A stretch of DNA of 64,000 bases from Phoronis australis. Lineage: Eukaryota; Animalia; Phoronida. This document shows, piece by piece, positions 1-13,749 of the stretch; position 1 is the first letter of the stretch, and every line of letters begins with the position of its first letter. The notes under the pieces are model-generated. The model did not search any database. It was not told the DNA's origin and saw only the letters and a list, made by a program, of their open reading frames with translations. The stretch is taken from positions 14,318 through 78,317 of the forward strand of contig NMRA01000682.1 in the NCBI GenBank assembly GCA_002633005.1, read 5' to 3'. Position numbers and translations under genes: made by a program.

Positions 1-639
1 CTAATTCAGCTTTTCATTCATTTTTATACCGTGTATGGTCGCTGGCAAAATAAGATACCATCAAGATTTTAGTCTAGATGTTTCCTAACTCGGTTTTTGG
101 CCATAACACTAGTTATAGGAATCTGATTATGAGCGCGCAAGAGAAGACGGAACATATTTGCGACGTTTCGTTTACTCAAAGTTAATGAGCCTAAACGTCA
201 GAAAATATTTGTTTTCTCTTTCTCGCTTATAATGATTTTCAAGGGTTTCCGTTATTCAATTTCGACAAGGTCGTCGCTTTCTCGCAAAACTACCGATTGG
301 ATGATCAATTACGCACTTATTTGCTCTCCGTTTTTACGTTGATCATCGTCAATACACCTCCAAAAATTGCACATCGTCTTTGCGCAAACTACATTGAGAT
401 TTAAGTCTCCCGGAAAAACGTTGACGATCGGATAGTGTTTAAAAGTCTAATTCTAAATTTCTCCAGTTAGTGCACAAATGAAGTAAAAGAAAGTAGTTCT
501 GTTTGTCGCGTCAGCTGTTGGTATCATTATCTCGATTTATGACCCACAACGTGTGACTGGACAAAGCCTTTTCAAATTTAGCCGGTGGAGCGTGAGACTC
601 CTGAGGTCCCAATCGAGTCCTCACGACAACTTCGCGTTA

Positions 640-1414
640 TGGATGTCCCGTCAATTAGTTTTATTGCATCTAAAGCCGGTAACGCAGTGATTTATTTATT
701 GCTGGCTTCTCTTGCACTCACGATCACTCTAAAGGCATTACAAATTGCATCTAATGAGACAAAGTTTGTTTCAGTTTTATATAAGTATTGGTTGGGGTGA
801 GAATAATTCATTTTGAAACAAAACGCTCAGTAATAAACGCCAACCGTGACTGAACATGACAACTCGCAATCCCGACTTAGGACGAGCTAGAGCCCATCAG
901 TCCAGACTACGCAGGTGGATCGTTAAGTTTTACCGGCTATCAATTCAAACAGGAATACAGTGATGAAGAAATACTAGAGAGGCGCCTTGAACAAGCTCAG
1001 ACAACGGAACGTATGGAGTTATTTGGTAAGCCGGCGATCGTCAGGCACCGTCGACGTCTGCAGGCCACAGACACGGAAATGTTTCACGGCCTCATACTTG
1101 CTATTTACAGCTTACATTTCATTCTTCACTACCATGATCCACTTCCTAAGCATTTCGGACTCGAGGAAGTAAAAAAAACGATATACCCGCTTTCCTCGCA
1201 GCTGCTTAGTTCGGACAAGCGGGACCGATGCACCGCAACATAGCGGCATTCACTCTGCATATGAACCACTGACGTCGCTAGCGTCGCTTCTCACCTTCCT
1301 CACAGGTTAACGCGACACCTCTTGGCAAGGTAAGGTTGACCGTATGCGAGGCGAAGTGGACATAGACCGATTAAGACGGCAAAAAAGACTAATTAAATCG
1401 GGTGGCATTCTCTT
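640..1414 (-). mobile_element. Truncated non-autonomous Kolobok-like element, family A copy 1
   Basis: Ends GGGTGGCATTCTCTT|TTAA (1415-1418). Reverse complement of the first about 800 bp of 58667-60608. THAP remnant on the minus strand, GYQFKQEYSDEEI stub on the plus strand. Confidence 0.8.
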
Positions 1415-4400
1415 TTAACACAAAGTGAGTAACAGGTAGCAAGGGGGCACTCCCTCACTAGAGGAACAAGGGACAAGCTGCTCAGTAAGGCAAATTTTCC
1501 ACGACTAAGTTCTCTCCAAAACGTTGCATTTTGTGGCACATTTATCTCCGAAAAAGGGACCTCAGTGACGGATTTATAATATTGCTGGAGGGGGGACCAC
1601 AAATTTCCAAGAAAAATGCCGAATTCTCCCAGGACGAGACGCAAACACACTTTTTGAAAGATAGCTTGATGTGTAGCGCCTGAAAAGTACACAATGGTGT
1701 CATTTTTATGCTTTTGATTGTGTCCGTAAGGGGGTGGGGGTTAGGTTCCCTTGCACCTCTATGGTACTGGGCCCACTTTGAGTGAGAGCTTAAGGAATTA
1801 ACCTTTACAAATTTACAAAAGGTGGACGTGTTTCTAAACAATGCCTGAAAAATGGTGATTTTTATGGACGCTCTTTCCCAGTGCTAGGATATTTTTAGGG
1901 TCGAGCCCCGCATCACTGGTACATAAAATATTGTTAAAGACGCACTAGGGTTTCTTAATTTGGGCCACCTGGCTCATTCGAATTGTGTCGATATAAAATG
2001 AGGTACTGTATCCATAGGTTCTCTAAATTAAGTTTGAAGTCCTGTGGGCAAACTGACATGTTTGTCTACGATGATCCCTGAAGTGCCGTTGTTTCTAAAT
2101 GAGTGCGTGTCTTGCCTAGTTTTCCAGCTGCACGACCCCGACAAATATTCCGTTACCGGACACAGGGTACCCCCAGGCATGCTTTTAACATGTTTCCAAA
2201 GGTCATTCTGGCAGTAGACAGACATAAGTGGTGCGAGTGATTCCTCCACTTCAGCAATGAAGATTGACCGAGAGAGGGCGGTTCGGATACTGTGGATCCG
2301 CCCCTACCGGGACACCAACGTTGGTGTCCCGGGCACGGAAAATGTCCGATAGATGTGTATTAATTGTTCGAGTCATCCCCGAACCGGACCAATGATTACC
2401 TAGACATGAACATATCACCCAACCAGAGGGCATTTTACAATAGTCAAGGCATCATGAATGCTCAACTAACTACAGATAAAAACTAACATAATCACTTCTA
2501 TAGCACTGTAACTGAAAATACATGCATAACTGTTTTACATGTATACTATACGACAGCTCTACACTGACTGGTACTCGTGGCGTTGACAACCATGTGTGAT
2601 GTATTTTTAGCCATCTCTTACCTATAAGTTGACACATCTTCACTACACAGTCACAGGACTGGGCCATAGCAAATTTCATTAAACGTGTTGTTAATGATAT
2701 CTGTGAGTGGCTGTATTGTTCGTGGGCGAGAAACTGCTTGAACAGGGAAGTTGCTCTATTCACTCGATTCAACGGTGTTCTGCATACATTGGTCTTTACC
2801 CGGTACTGTGGTAGGGAGATGAGTCAGGGATTAAAATGTATATTTTAACTTTCAACATCGTGTATGTCTCCCCCAATCAAGTTAACCCTTCTGCTGCTTC
2901 GCATTGAGAATGTTTTACATGCCCGTCGGTCCACCTGTCCACGATATCCTGCGTTAATCTGGTACAGACGCTCAAGTTTCTACTCCAGCTTCCAGTCGCC
3001 ATATTGTTTGTTTGCCGCTTTTACTTCGTTCTGACTTCAAAATGGCCGCCACGTGAATCAGGAGTAGTCAGTTTTTCGCCGTCCATGCCTCTTTAACGGA
3101 TACTTTATGGTTTGAGATTGGTCGTCTTTTCTGACGAGTGGCTCACGCATGCCGAATAATCTTTATTTGTACGAAAATATTTAAAAGTTACTAGAGGTGT
3201 CATTGTTATAGACTATAAATGTCTTTCAAAAATTTTGTAAGCGTGACTGACCAGCACACGTCAATAGGTTAAAACACTGCTTCGTGTTTTGAAATGTTAT
3301 TAACGGCACCAATGTGGTGTGACATAACACACTAACGGTCTTGTTAGATGGGGTAGTGATTTTGAAGGTATTAGGTTTGTGATTTCATATATTAAAATCA
3401 TACGCGCAGCCAGCCTATGAGGGGGGTCGAAATTGTGAGAATGTGGAGCTTTAACTAAAATTCACGGGGTACGTTCAAAACTACAAAAATCGCCATTTTG
3501 TCGTGTTTTCTAATTATTCGTAGTTTCTGTTTGTCGGGGGTGTACCTTTATGTCCATTTTGCCAAATATTGAGCTCCTTCGATCCCCCGAGCACCACCTC
3601 TGCGCGCACATGAAAATGTGTCCCTCTGTTTTCAGCTTCAGAACCTGCTTCAATTGCAAAATGTACCTGTAGCTTAAACAACTGTCTTTTTACGCGTAAG
3701 AAAGAGGGAATATTTAGCAGATAACATTGTCAATTGTTAAAACCAGTTCAATGATTTTAAATTAGGAATGTTGATTAAAAGGAGAGCAGGTGGTCTGGTT
3801 TGTTTTGCAGTGCACCAGACGTGCGCAAGCCTCATGGCTGTGCCCATTGTACAGAACACCTTAGCTAAAACTCACTAGAACTTGATCAACAGGCTGTTCG
3901 TGAAGGACGTTTTCAAATGTGCCTGTCTCCTTTAAGAAAACGAATAGGCTTTTCCAATTGTTGCTATGGACTACATGCTGTAGACATGTAATGGTGCTAT
4001 CCGGTACCGTACCTTACTCTTTATATTATAGACCTAATTCATGCGACGGACATTAAAATCCAAAGCGAGGCTCAGTGCGATAAACAAAGCTGAAGATGAC
4101 ATTGCGTGAGTTAAATGGCCGGTCTTTCGAGTCAAACCTGGATATTTAATTTTAAAAATGTGTCAATAATTAACCTCAGAAATGTAGAAAAATACATTAG
4201 AGAACAAGTCAATGCATCAAAAAGTTGTCTGACGAAAGGGTATAAGTTTTTTCGGAAAACTAGTTTCGAAACATAAAAAGTAGATAAGACCAAACTACAG
4301 TACAGCCACTGAATTATTAGACTCTCTCCGGTGTCTCTCCGGTCTAGCCACCCGTGACCGTAACCGGAGACAGACCGGAGAGTGAGACGTGAATCAACCG

Positions 4401-6030
4401 TGACAGCTGGCGTGAGCCTAAGCGTGACTGTACCCGGAGCTTACCGTGAGTTAGGCGTGAGTTTACCTGCATCGCAGATGAAAAAGTAATTTATTAAAAT
4501 TATATCAGTAACTAGCAGCGATGTGTACTCTCATAGACTTTTGCTCATGTGAGGTTTATTTTTTTAAATCGTCACGTTCAGCAAAAGAACAAAATTTCCT
4601 TCTCAAATCTTAAGTCACTTCAGGAAACAGACCTGTGGACTCTACTTTTCACTTATATATAATTGTTTGTTTTTATATAAACTAATAAAGAATCTTAAAA
4701 CGCGTGTACATGGCGGAAATATTCAATTGCCTTCACGATATGAAGGAGCACAGCATGTCAATTCTGAGCATATTGATCCCAAGCTCCGGCTTCATGCGGA
4801 GAAAACTGATCGTGTCCATGCATTTGACGAGTCAAACAGATCACTGCTATTATTATTTTAGTGAAGAAGTACCCCGGGGATACTGTGAACTCAGCCGAAA
4901 CGCATGTACTACGGGGAGGGGGCTACAAATAATTAAACTGGAATACGGATTGAAGACTTTTTAGTCAAAACAATTGCTTGCAGTAAGGGATGGGTATGTC
5001 AGAATGGCGGCCTATTGAAATTTTCTGTGCGCCAGTGCAGTGCAAGAATTTACGGAGTGACACAATACTTCACAAGATACGTAGGCTATTTTTATACAAA
5101 TTAACTATATCCAGGTGTGACAAGTTTCAAGGAGTCCACAGCCATGTAAAGACGACTGTGGACAGTGTTGCGTATATTCGTATTTACTAACCGTGGTTAC
5201 TGTACATGTACATGTATGTCGTCGATGGGACTGGCTCTTAAGAGTGAAGTACGGCTCACAGCAGGCAAAAATGCCCAGAGGGGTGATAAACCCAATGTCA
5301 CCGATTTGAACCATACTATGCATTTTAGTTACCTTTGGGATGATAAACAAAACAGTAAAGTCCAATCTCATTTTACCATGTTTAAGGGGGAGAAATCAGG
5401 GAGCCTCTATTTTGGGGGTATGCTATGCAATGAACTCGCCGAAAATGCCTTATTTGCACTGCACAATAAAAAATATCGGCGAACGAGATCATTATTTGTT
5501 TGTAATTTTTAAATAAAGCAAGTCTTCGGCTTTACAAAAATGTTAAACAATACTCATTAACTCGGCCGCTAAGTTAAAAATTTCAGGCATAAAGTATAGA
5601 GGGGTCAGAGGTTAACAAGGCATTACAATTTCGCCACACTTTGAGCGCGTATATCTCAGCTGGAACAACACTGATCCACACCAGACTTTTACACTAGACG
5701 TTTCTATCTTATTGCTGTTGATTAATACAATAAAATTTTCTGGCGCTGAGCATTTTTCTATACAAATTGCAAGATTGCGACAACCACCTGAGTAGAAATT
5801 ACCTTCAATACCGATACCTGCTTGGAACATTACAACACCAGTAAAGTGCATAGTTTTGATTCAGAAGTTGATTTATTGATATTTAGTTAAGTGTCATTAA
5901 GTCAGGAGCAATTGTTTAAGGTATTTTCCTTTTTAATTAAAAGTCCGCGTTTTTCGTGAACCCAGTGTCCAACAACAGGTGTCACTTTAGTGGTGGCAAA
6001 ATGGTTCCGGTTGGCGAATCCTGACTTGCT

Positions 6031-9000
6031 GTGTTATATGCTAGTATGATGGAGTGTGATGAAGTGTATGGAACCTCAAAAGAATGTCCTCTGCACATGT
6101 GTGAAATCTTGATGCGGCATAAAGGTAGTACCAAAGCACCGCACCTACAGCCTGTGCGGCAACTGATTTTGGCGAGAGTCGGACAATTTACAAATGCTTG
6201 TTCACCGGACCCGTGTCACGCCTGTGTGACTGCGTCCAAGGCAAGGGCAAGACACCGGGCTGATCTTGGAATTCTGTGGAAACCATGTAGACTCTGCATT
6301 AGTGGTAGCTCTCGTGCCAAGCCTGAAGTGGGGATGCTGGTTGAAATGTCTAAAGTCAACTTACTTTCACAGGAACTCAACAATGTCAATGCATTTGTGT
6401 TCTTTCCTGTTGGATCTGGTGAGTACTACTACTGCTTTGTTTGAATTTGAGGTTATCACGACGGCATTGTGGCGGTAATAGTCAGTTTTGTGGATACGTG
6501 ATTCGAGAACCAGTTAACACCGCTAGAAACAACAGATGTTATTCTAATACAGTACCCTGCAATGAAAGTTACTGGTCCTCCTTTCAGGAAGATCACAAAC
6601 TGTGTGACCATGCATGTACCACAAAAATGTAACCAACAGTATTTTTTTGAACATGTAGTATAGACAGAGATTTTTATTGTACACACTGGTGAAATTTAGT
6701 AGACCTATGCCTGCATCACTGTAAACAACTGATTAACAGTCTTGTGTTCCTAAGGGCAAATCAGTGATATACCTGCCCTGTCGCCGTTGTTGGAGTCTAG
6801 GCTAGCCTAGAGCTATTCAGTCCACTTACTAGTTGCGTCTTGTGTTAGTTATAAGTTTAGTCTGAGATTATGTGCATCTAGTGGCCTGTACTTGTTGCAA
6901 GCGGAAAATGAAATATCTCATTGACAAGACTTTCACTTTTCAATAACCGATATTGTTGTTATGCGTCTTCTTTTTAGTTCATTACAGGAAGTATTTTTTC
7001 TATAGATATATTGATGAATGCTGAAGTTATAGCATTATAAATTCCAATTTTAATTGACAACCTACATGCCGGAATTTCTTTTCACTTCAGCTGTCAGTGA
7101 ATTATGTAATTCTGGAAATCATAGCGTGTCGGTATGTTTTATGAGTACCACTATGTTGATATTTGTTGTCTGGATAAGATATTCATTTGATGTCCAAAGG
7201 AATCCAATCAAACTGGCAAAAATAAATCAAGTACCCACAGTGTTTTTTCTTGTTGTACTCATGGTCGTTTTACTTATTACACTCCATGGGTCAAATGAAT
7301 TATCTCAGCTAAAACCATTGGATCACTCAGCGGCAGTCACACCTGTGTAGTGGCTGGGCTCTGCAAAGTTCTGCTAAAAGTGTATAATTAGAGAGTGTTA
7401 CAACCTTCCTGTCATTTTTCAGAAAGTAGAGCAACAAAGCAGACACCGCAAAAACTGCACAGGCGATGAAGACGGGTGAGCAGTTTCGGGAGGAAGGCTG
7501 GCTGACACTTCAACAGGATAAAGGTTTCTTTTCATGCTTGGCTGCCTTGAACCGCGCTGGAAAATGGTCAATTGAGGGAGATAGTGAACTTGACAGTCAG
7601 TGATGTCCAGTAATACTCCAGATTCCATCTTTGTTTGAACATTATACAATCTGTTGGGTTGTCTGAGTGATTTAACCAGTTGTTATTGATATGATATTGT
7701 AGAAATTGAGATAAATGCAAAATGCAATATAGCAACACTTGCTGTGATTTTGTCAGTAAAATTTAGGATGTTTAGTCAGTGTTGTGGTTGAAACTTTGCT
7801 GTCCAATTTATATAAAGATGCTGGTATTTCAGTTTTCATCTTTCAAATTCATATTGCACTCAATCTCTCTTAACTAAAAAGCGAAGCCTTATCTGAGTGT
7901 TAACTTATGTACAAGCTTAAGGAAAGGTAGTGACCTAGGCATACTTGAACCAATTCACTGGCATTTAGATCAAAGAACACATTTACATATCTCGTTTTTC
8001 CAAGCTACTTTGTACCACTTAACTGGATGACCAGTGTTAAACCAGATTACAGTCACATTAAATATCATTTTGACTGTAATCTGTTCCAACATTGTTTTTG
8101 CAGAATGAGAGTTATTTGTACAGTATGTGATGATCAGTTAAGGGAGGTGCCGAGGTCACCGGTATTCTGAATTGTTAACATCAGGAGTGTCATGTTTGAG
8201 CCAATTCACTGGTATTTAGATCTTTTAACACATTTAGACGTCTCGTGTTTTCCATGGTAGTTTGTATAAATTGATCAGGCAATGAGTGTTAAACCAGATT
8301 CTGGTTGCATTAAATGTCACTTTTTACTTTAAAGTGGTCCAACATTGTATATGCAGACTGGGGAGTTACGTGTACCGTATGGGATGAGGAGGTACAAGTA
8401 AGCGAGATCACCTGTGTTTTGACCAACTAACATAGGAGTCTCCTATTTGAGCCAGTTCATTAGCACTTAGATCAAATATCACATTTAGATATCTCTGATG
8501 TGATTTTACCTTAGAAAGTTGGTAGTCTTGCTATTAAAGCACCTCGAAGACTAATTAGCAGTTAGAACCCAATGTGCATGAAGTTATATTTTGAACTGAG
8601 TTTCAAAGTTTATATGCTGTATATTGTTTGTCTGCTGAGAAGTCATGGAAAAACATGAGCTACAATACAATACTTGTCTTGTACTTATGAACTTTATACT
8701 GAAAGCAGCCTTTATCATCCTCACTTCTTTCACATGACCTCTGCAGTGGATCATGCTTCCAACATGAGGCATTTATATAGTCAAGTAATAGCTGATCACC
8801 TGGAACAGGATACATGTATCGTTGCCCTCTTGAGGACTGGGAAGTAATATGAATTCTCTCTTTAGACTTCTCACAACTAGTCACACACACTTATTCAAGT
8901 ACGTTCCTCTGTGCCTCCCACTGCTCAGGTGAAATATCTTTTCACTGGTACATGTAGCTGATTCCATGTTGTCAGCCCCCATTGTTACTCGAAAGTCTCC

Positions 9001-9270
9001 CATTTTTCACTTGTGTTAATCACAGCAAAATGCGCGCAAATAACAAAATGATAACATTAGCCAGCCATACCACTTCAAAAGTGAAGTTATTGTGACATTG
9101 GCGGCTATATAACGTCCACGGAATGACTCTGACCAGTGGTTTTGCATTTGCCTGTAATTGCCAATGAATCTTTCACCTTGACACTGTCCTCCGCTTTCAA
9201 CGCCCTGCATCAAAACCACTTGAAGATTCCTAAAGAAATGTTTTTTCAGACACACTCCACAGCTAACCCA
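6031..9270. pseudogene. Decayed, rearranged DDE transposase (Sola3-like, tentative)
   Basis: Plus 6031-6430: QLILARVGQF...HRADLGILWKP.R.C...PVGSG. Plus about 7430-7560: KADTAKTAQAMKTGEQFREEGWLTLQQDKGFFSCLAA. Minus about 8650-9270: ES.GG/NFTFE and YPVPG...GKH-like segments. Motifs recalled, not searched. Confidence 0.5.
7930..8500 (+). repeat. Degenerate tandem repeat of about 250 bp (2-3 copies)
   Basis: TTGA(A/G)CCA(A/G)TTCA...TTAGATC recurs at about 7945, 8195 and 8446. Confidence 0.75.
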
Positions 9271-12200
9271 CAGTAAACATCTTTGTAAACAGGACAGTCA
9301 CAGATAAAACCATAAATAAATGATCTTGTTCATACAACACTGTAAGATTTGGAACGTCGCAAGTGGGGAGAGGGCAACACGATTTTTGAATGAAAATGTT
9401 ATGAAAATGATTTGTCGGCGTTTTTTGTTTTTAGCCGTGCAAATAAGATTACTGAGCTTTGTAAAACCAGTGAGATTTGAATTTCGACTCTCGCAAAAGG
9501 TGTCCTGCCAAAACTACTGCTATTTGCGTAGTAAGTATTCTAATTCCATGACTATGAGCACTTTTTAGGAATAAAGTAGTGTACCCTCGGTGCCTAGAAA
9601 ATACGAAATTTGATGAATGATAAATTAATTCGCCGTTTGCTGGCCAACTATTAACAAATGTTCACTTTTTGTTGACGTTTGTCGGCATTACTCATTGTGG
9701 TGAAATGGCGTAACCACCAGTCATTATTGACTTCAAATGACATGAAATCCGTTCGCGCCAGGAAATTTTTTCGTCTTAATTTGTAGACCTAAAATAGCTC
9801 AACACAGTGGTTGGCACTATAATGTTCTGAAACCTGTGCCAGCTGAGATATCGGGAAACAAATTTAGCCAATTTTGACAGTTTCAAAAATCACTAAAAGT
9901 ACTCATCTTATGCGGCTCTGAAAACAGACAAAAAATTGTCGAAATCTTTTAAATTTTCATGAATAAAGTAGACGAAGGTCACACATGATCAATAATACAG
10001 GTTCATAATTTCAACGTTACTTCCACTGCGTAACGTAACTGTCGGAATTTTACTAAAACTAAAAGGCCGCCAGGCTGAAAACTTCTCGGAAACAGATAGT
10101 ATCCATGGAAACGAAAAGGAGGCGTTTTGAAAAAAATAAAGATGGTCTGGAGTCAGTGGGGCCAGTGTCATCTCACAGACAAAATATAAAGAGAATCTGA
10201 CATAGCGTTTATCACCCTCTGCCTGGTCCATTCGCGAACATGCTCTTAAGTCGTAAATAGAAAATGTACATGTAATCGTAACACAAGATGAGCTGAAGGA
10301 AGACGTTTGTATGAACAACACGTGGAATTACAAACTTTTAAGTTAGTCGGAACCCAAGTGTGATAGATGACTGCTTGCAACGATACTCTATAATACAATG
10401 TATACTATAATGTCTTTGCAACTTGTCCGAAACGACAGGCGATCAAGACGTTACATGTATTTTCATTGATTAGCCCGGTGCCCTACCATGGTTACCACAG
10501 GTACCGAAGGCGTGATGTAAGCCTGAGGAAAGCGTGAACTACACCGGAGGTAAGCGTGAAGACTACCAGGAGAGTAGGCGTGAGGCGACCGTGGCTGATT
10601 TTTGTCACGCCTGCGTTCCGGTTGCGCTCCGGTCTGGCCAGGCGTGAGGTAGCCCGGACGAAGTCTAAAAATTCAGTGGCTGTACTGTACGGCGATCGTC
10701 GTGTTACGGATTAGGTATTATGCTGAATGCAGGGTTACGTTTCTTCTTGTAAATTGTTGATAAAAATGCTTTCTACAAGTCATCTGCTTGTATTGTTGAC
10801 GAGTTGAAAATATATTCGACAGTGGTGGCTTATAGCATTTTGCTGTCATGTGCAATTAGTCACATCTGGTTTAATTTCTTGATCAAGAATATTAACACCA
10901 AGCTTAGCGTAGGTCCTGGTGCGGTAGAAACTACCGGGACTAACAGTCGATTTGTCATTCATCTGAAACAATATATGATGTTATTAAATATATTTTTATT
11001 AAAATAAAAAACCAGGCTCGTAAATAAAACCATTTTTAAATTGAATAAAATCAAAAACGAGCACAGCCCGAGCAATCGCTTTCGCGTTAGTTGCAGGTTC
11101 TCATTCACTCTCTTGCTCCCATTTACAAGTAATTATTTGAACATCAATTCTGCTATCCTGGTTTTAATAATTCTGACGTCTATTTCATATGTTTGGTCTC
11201 AACTATCAATCTGGACCAGTGACTTAAAATTAAAACATCTAATTCGTTCGTCCAAAGCATAACCTCGTTTTAGAGCTCAATTTCCGATAACGCCGGGACA
11301 GAGTAAGAAAAGTTATCATGTTTCTTCAGGGACCTCGTTCATCCGAGAGGAAAGGTGCCTGTGCCTTTTTTCACCTAGTGCAGGGCAAAATCTACCTCCC
11401 GATCAGCACCCCCGTCCTGTTGCAAGTTCTCACAGGCTCTGTCTCAAGTAACATTTTGTGCTCTTTCAAATTGTCACCTGTGTGGTTACAGATGATTTGA
11501 ACTTCGGAGAGAAATTTTCAATCACTAGGGGAGTTTTTAGGCCTCGTGGAGGGAATTTCGGGGATTTTTCAATATTTTTGAGAGGGGAATAGGGCCAATA
11601 CCCGGTCCCAAAATCGAGGAATTGAGGGCCCTGTCCTTTTTGGGAAGAAAAATGCATCATGTTTCAACCCCTAGTCATGAACACAGCATGGCTGGCCGAA
11701 GATTCTCCTGTCGTTGCTATGATGCTCGGCAACCGAGATGCGACAAATTATGATTTAACTTTTCGAAAACATTGATAAATTTTACACGGCCATATTGTCC
11801 TTCGTCGCGGCGTGTGGCAAGGACAGAACGTACGCTTCCGAATTTCAACGTCTTTAGGGATTGTAAAACAGACAGTTGAGTGTCCGTGTTTTTTGTAGCC
11901 GTTTCGAGGAACGTGGAATACAACCAGTATGCCAATAAGCCAACGGAGCTATCGTAGCGAGCCTCGTTTTGGAACGCACCTCCTGACGGCGTGAATTAGG
12001 TCTCTACAAAGCTGGACAAGAGTCTACCAGGTGTTTAGACGTTTCAACGTCAGTACCACACCCAGAGTACACTCGGCTCCCCGAACATGTGTATGTCCAG
12101 TAATTTGCCAGTGTCTCGTTAAGTTACCGTGACTCGTCAAAATATGAATGGCGTGTCTTTTGCCCAGTCTGTCAAGACTCAGATGTTTTTTTAATCTTTT

Positions 12201-13318
12201 GGTTTTATCACGAAGCGAAATTTTTCTTTGGTTTCTCTGCAGGAGTTAAGTACTAGTCCACGAGAGCACCAGCCATGAGCGGCAAGGTGGGGGTCAGCCG
12301 ATTTTCACCAAATTTGGCACATAGGTAGTCCTATGGGATCTATAAACAGCGGTAAAATATTTCCTCAAAATATTTCGTTTTTCTAAAGTTATAGGCTCAA
12401 ACGCATTTTACGGCTTCGCAGCCATGTTTTCACGGTATAAAAACTGTCCAGTTTTAACTGTTCATATTTTTCCTTGAATGAAAGCTGTTGATTTATTATT
12501 CACTTGGCATTGTTTAGTGGTGCCTGTAGATTGTTACACAGATGTCTTTAAACACGATTCCGATTTACCACCCTCATTTAGTAGTTTTACTACACTGCCC
12601 CCCGTTATGCCATTTTGAGGTTGTGTTCAGTACACTCGCTGTACCAAATCTGCCCCTACTGCTGTAAGAATGAAACTTAGCCAAAGTGTTGACAAAGCAT
12701 GTTACTTTCATTTCATAAAATAAAAACTTTGTCAGCCAGTTTATTAGTTATATATTTTGGCACCTCAAATGTACTAAAATGAGAAATTTTCATACATCTG
12801 AGATCGATGCGTGAGCACCGTAAAATCCGATTGTCCTTCATGTTTTTCGATATTTTGCAACAAGTTAGTTCCTCCTGAAAGTTTTGAACGTTTTACTACT
12901 GATGACTTAGGGCTATAGTACCCCTAAATACCATTTTGTAAAAAGCCGATTATGTCCTCCACAGTGAACAGGGTTAGACATGAACTCGACAAATGTAGGT
13001 TATTTTGATTTACGGTTGTTTTACGTTGCAATTTCCTCATGGGTATTTCTACTTTGCAATTTCCTCATGGGTATTTCTTCACACATATTCAAGTCAGATT
13101 TTTTGTTGATCAAATGTTCATGCAATGCATTGTAATATCAAATGAAGGATAAGTTTGGTTGCATGACCGCAATTTTTCCCACGACTTAAAACAAAAGACC
13201 GCAGAAATTTTCCTGACGAAATACCGGGTTTGCAGTTCTGTAAAAACATTCGAATGACAAGACAAACTCCACCACTGTCCATGGCAACTCGTCGCATGTT
13301 TTTCGCCCATCGGTCCTA

Positions 13319-13749
13319 NNNNNNNNNNNNNNNNNNNNNNNNNNNNNNNNNNNNNNNNNNNNNNNNNNNNNNNNNNNNNNNNNNNNNNNNNNNNNNNNNN
13401 NNNNNNNNNNNNNNNNNNNNNNNNNNNNNNNNNNNNNNNNNNNNNNNNNNNNNNNNNNNNNNNNNNNNNNNNNNNNNNNNNNNNNNNNNNNNNNNNNNNN
13501 NNNNNNNNNNNNNNNNNNNNNNNNNNNNNNNNNNNNNNNNNNNNNNNNNNNNNNNNNNNNNNNNNNNNNNNNNNNNNNNNNNNNNNNNNNNNNNNNNNNN
13601 NNNNNNNNNNNNNNNNNNNNNNNNNNNNNNNNNNNNNNNNNNNNNNNNNNNNNNNNNNNNNNNNNNNNNNNNNNNNNNNNNNNNNNNNNNNNNNNNNNNN
13701 NNNNNNNNNNNNNNNNNNNNNNNNNNNNNNNNNNNNNNNNNNNNNNNNN
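13319..13749. other. Assembly gap (431 N)
   Basis: Run of N. Confidence 1.

Larger units (their letters stand above)
4298..10687. mobile_element. 6.4-kb DNA element with CAGT-ended TIRs and TA TSD
   Basis: TA|CAGTACAGCCACTGAATT...AATTCAGTGGCTGTACTG|TA. The empty site is visible in the paralogous host at about 43070-43090. Subterminal CGTGA/CCGGA repeats occur at both ends. Confidence 0.85.
4030..12003. mobile_element. About 1.5-kb non-autonomous TIR element (AGACC ends, AT-type TSD; PIF/Harbinger-ISL2EU-like), interrupted by a 6.4-kb insertion
   Basis: AT|AGACCTAATTCATGCG...GGCGTGAATTAGGTCT (right flank CT). Segments 4030-4297 and 10688-12003 are colinear with the uninterrupted copy at 42802-44209. 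Confidence 0.8.

Noticed and set aside
2028-2260. Tyrosine recombinase (LCPV...HSFR words)
   Set aside because: Motif spacing and order do not fit, and no other DIRS/Crypton features are present.
6230-6480. KDZ/HMGXB3-like transposase in an alternative frame
   Set aside because: That frame is full of stops; the open frame gives the better LILARVG/HRADLGI motif.
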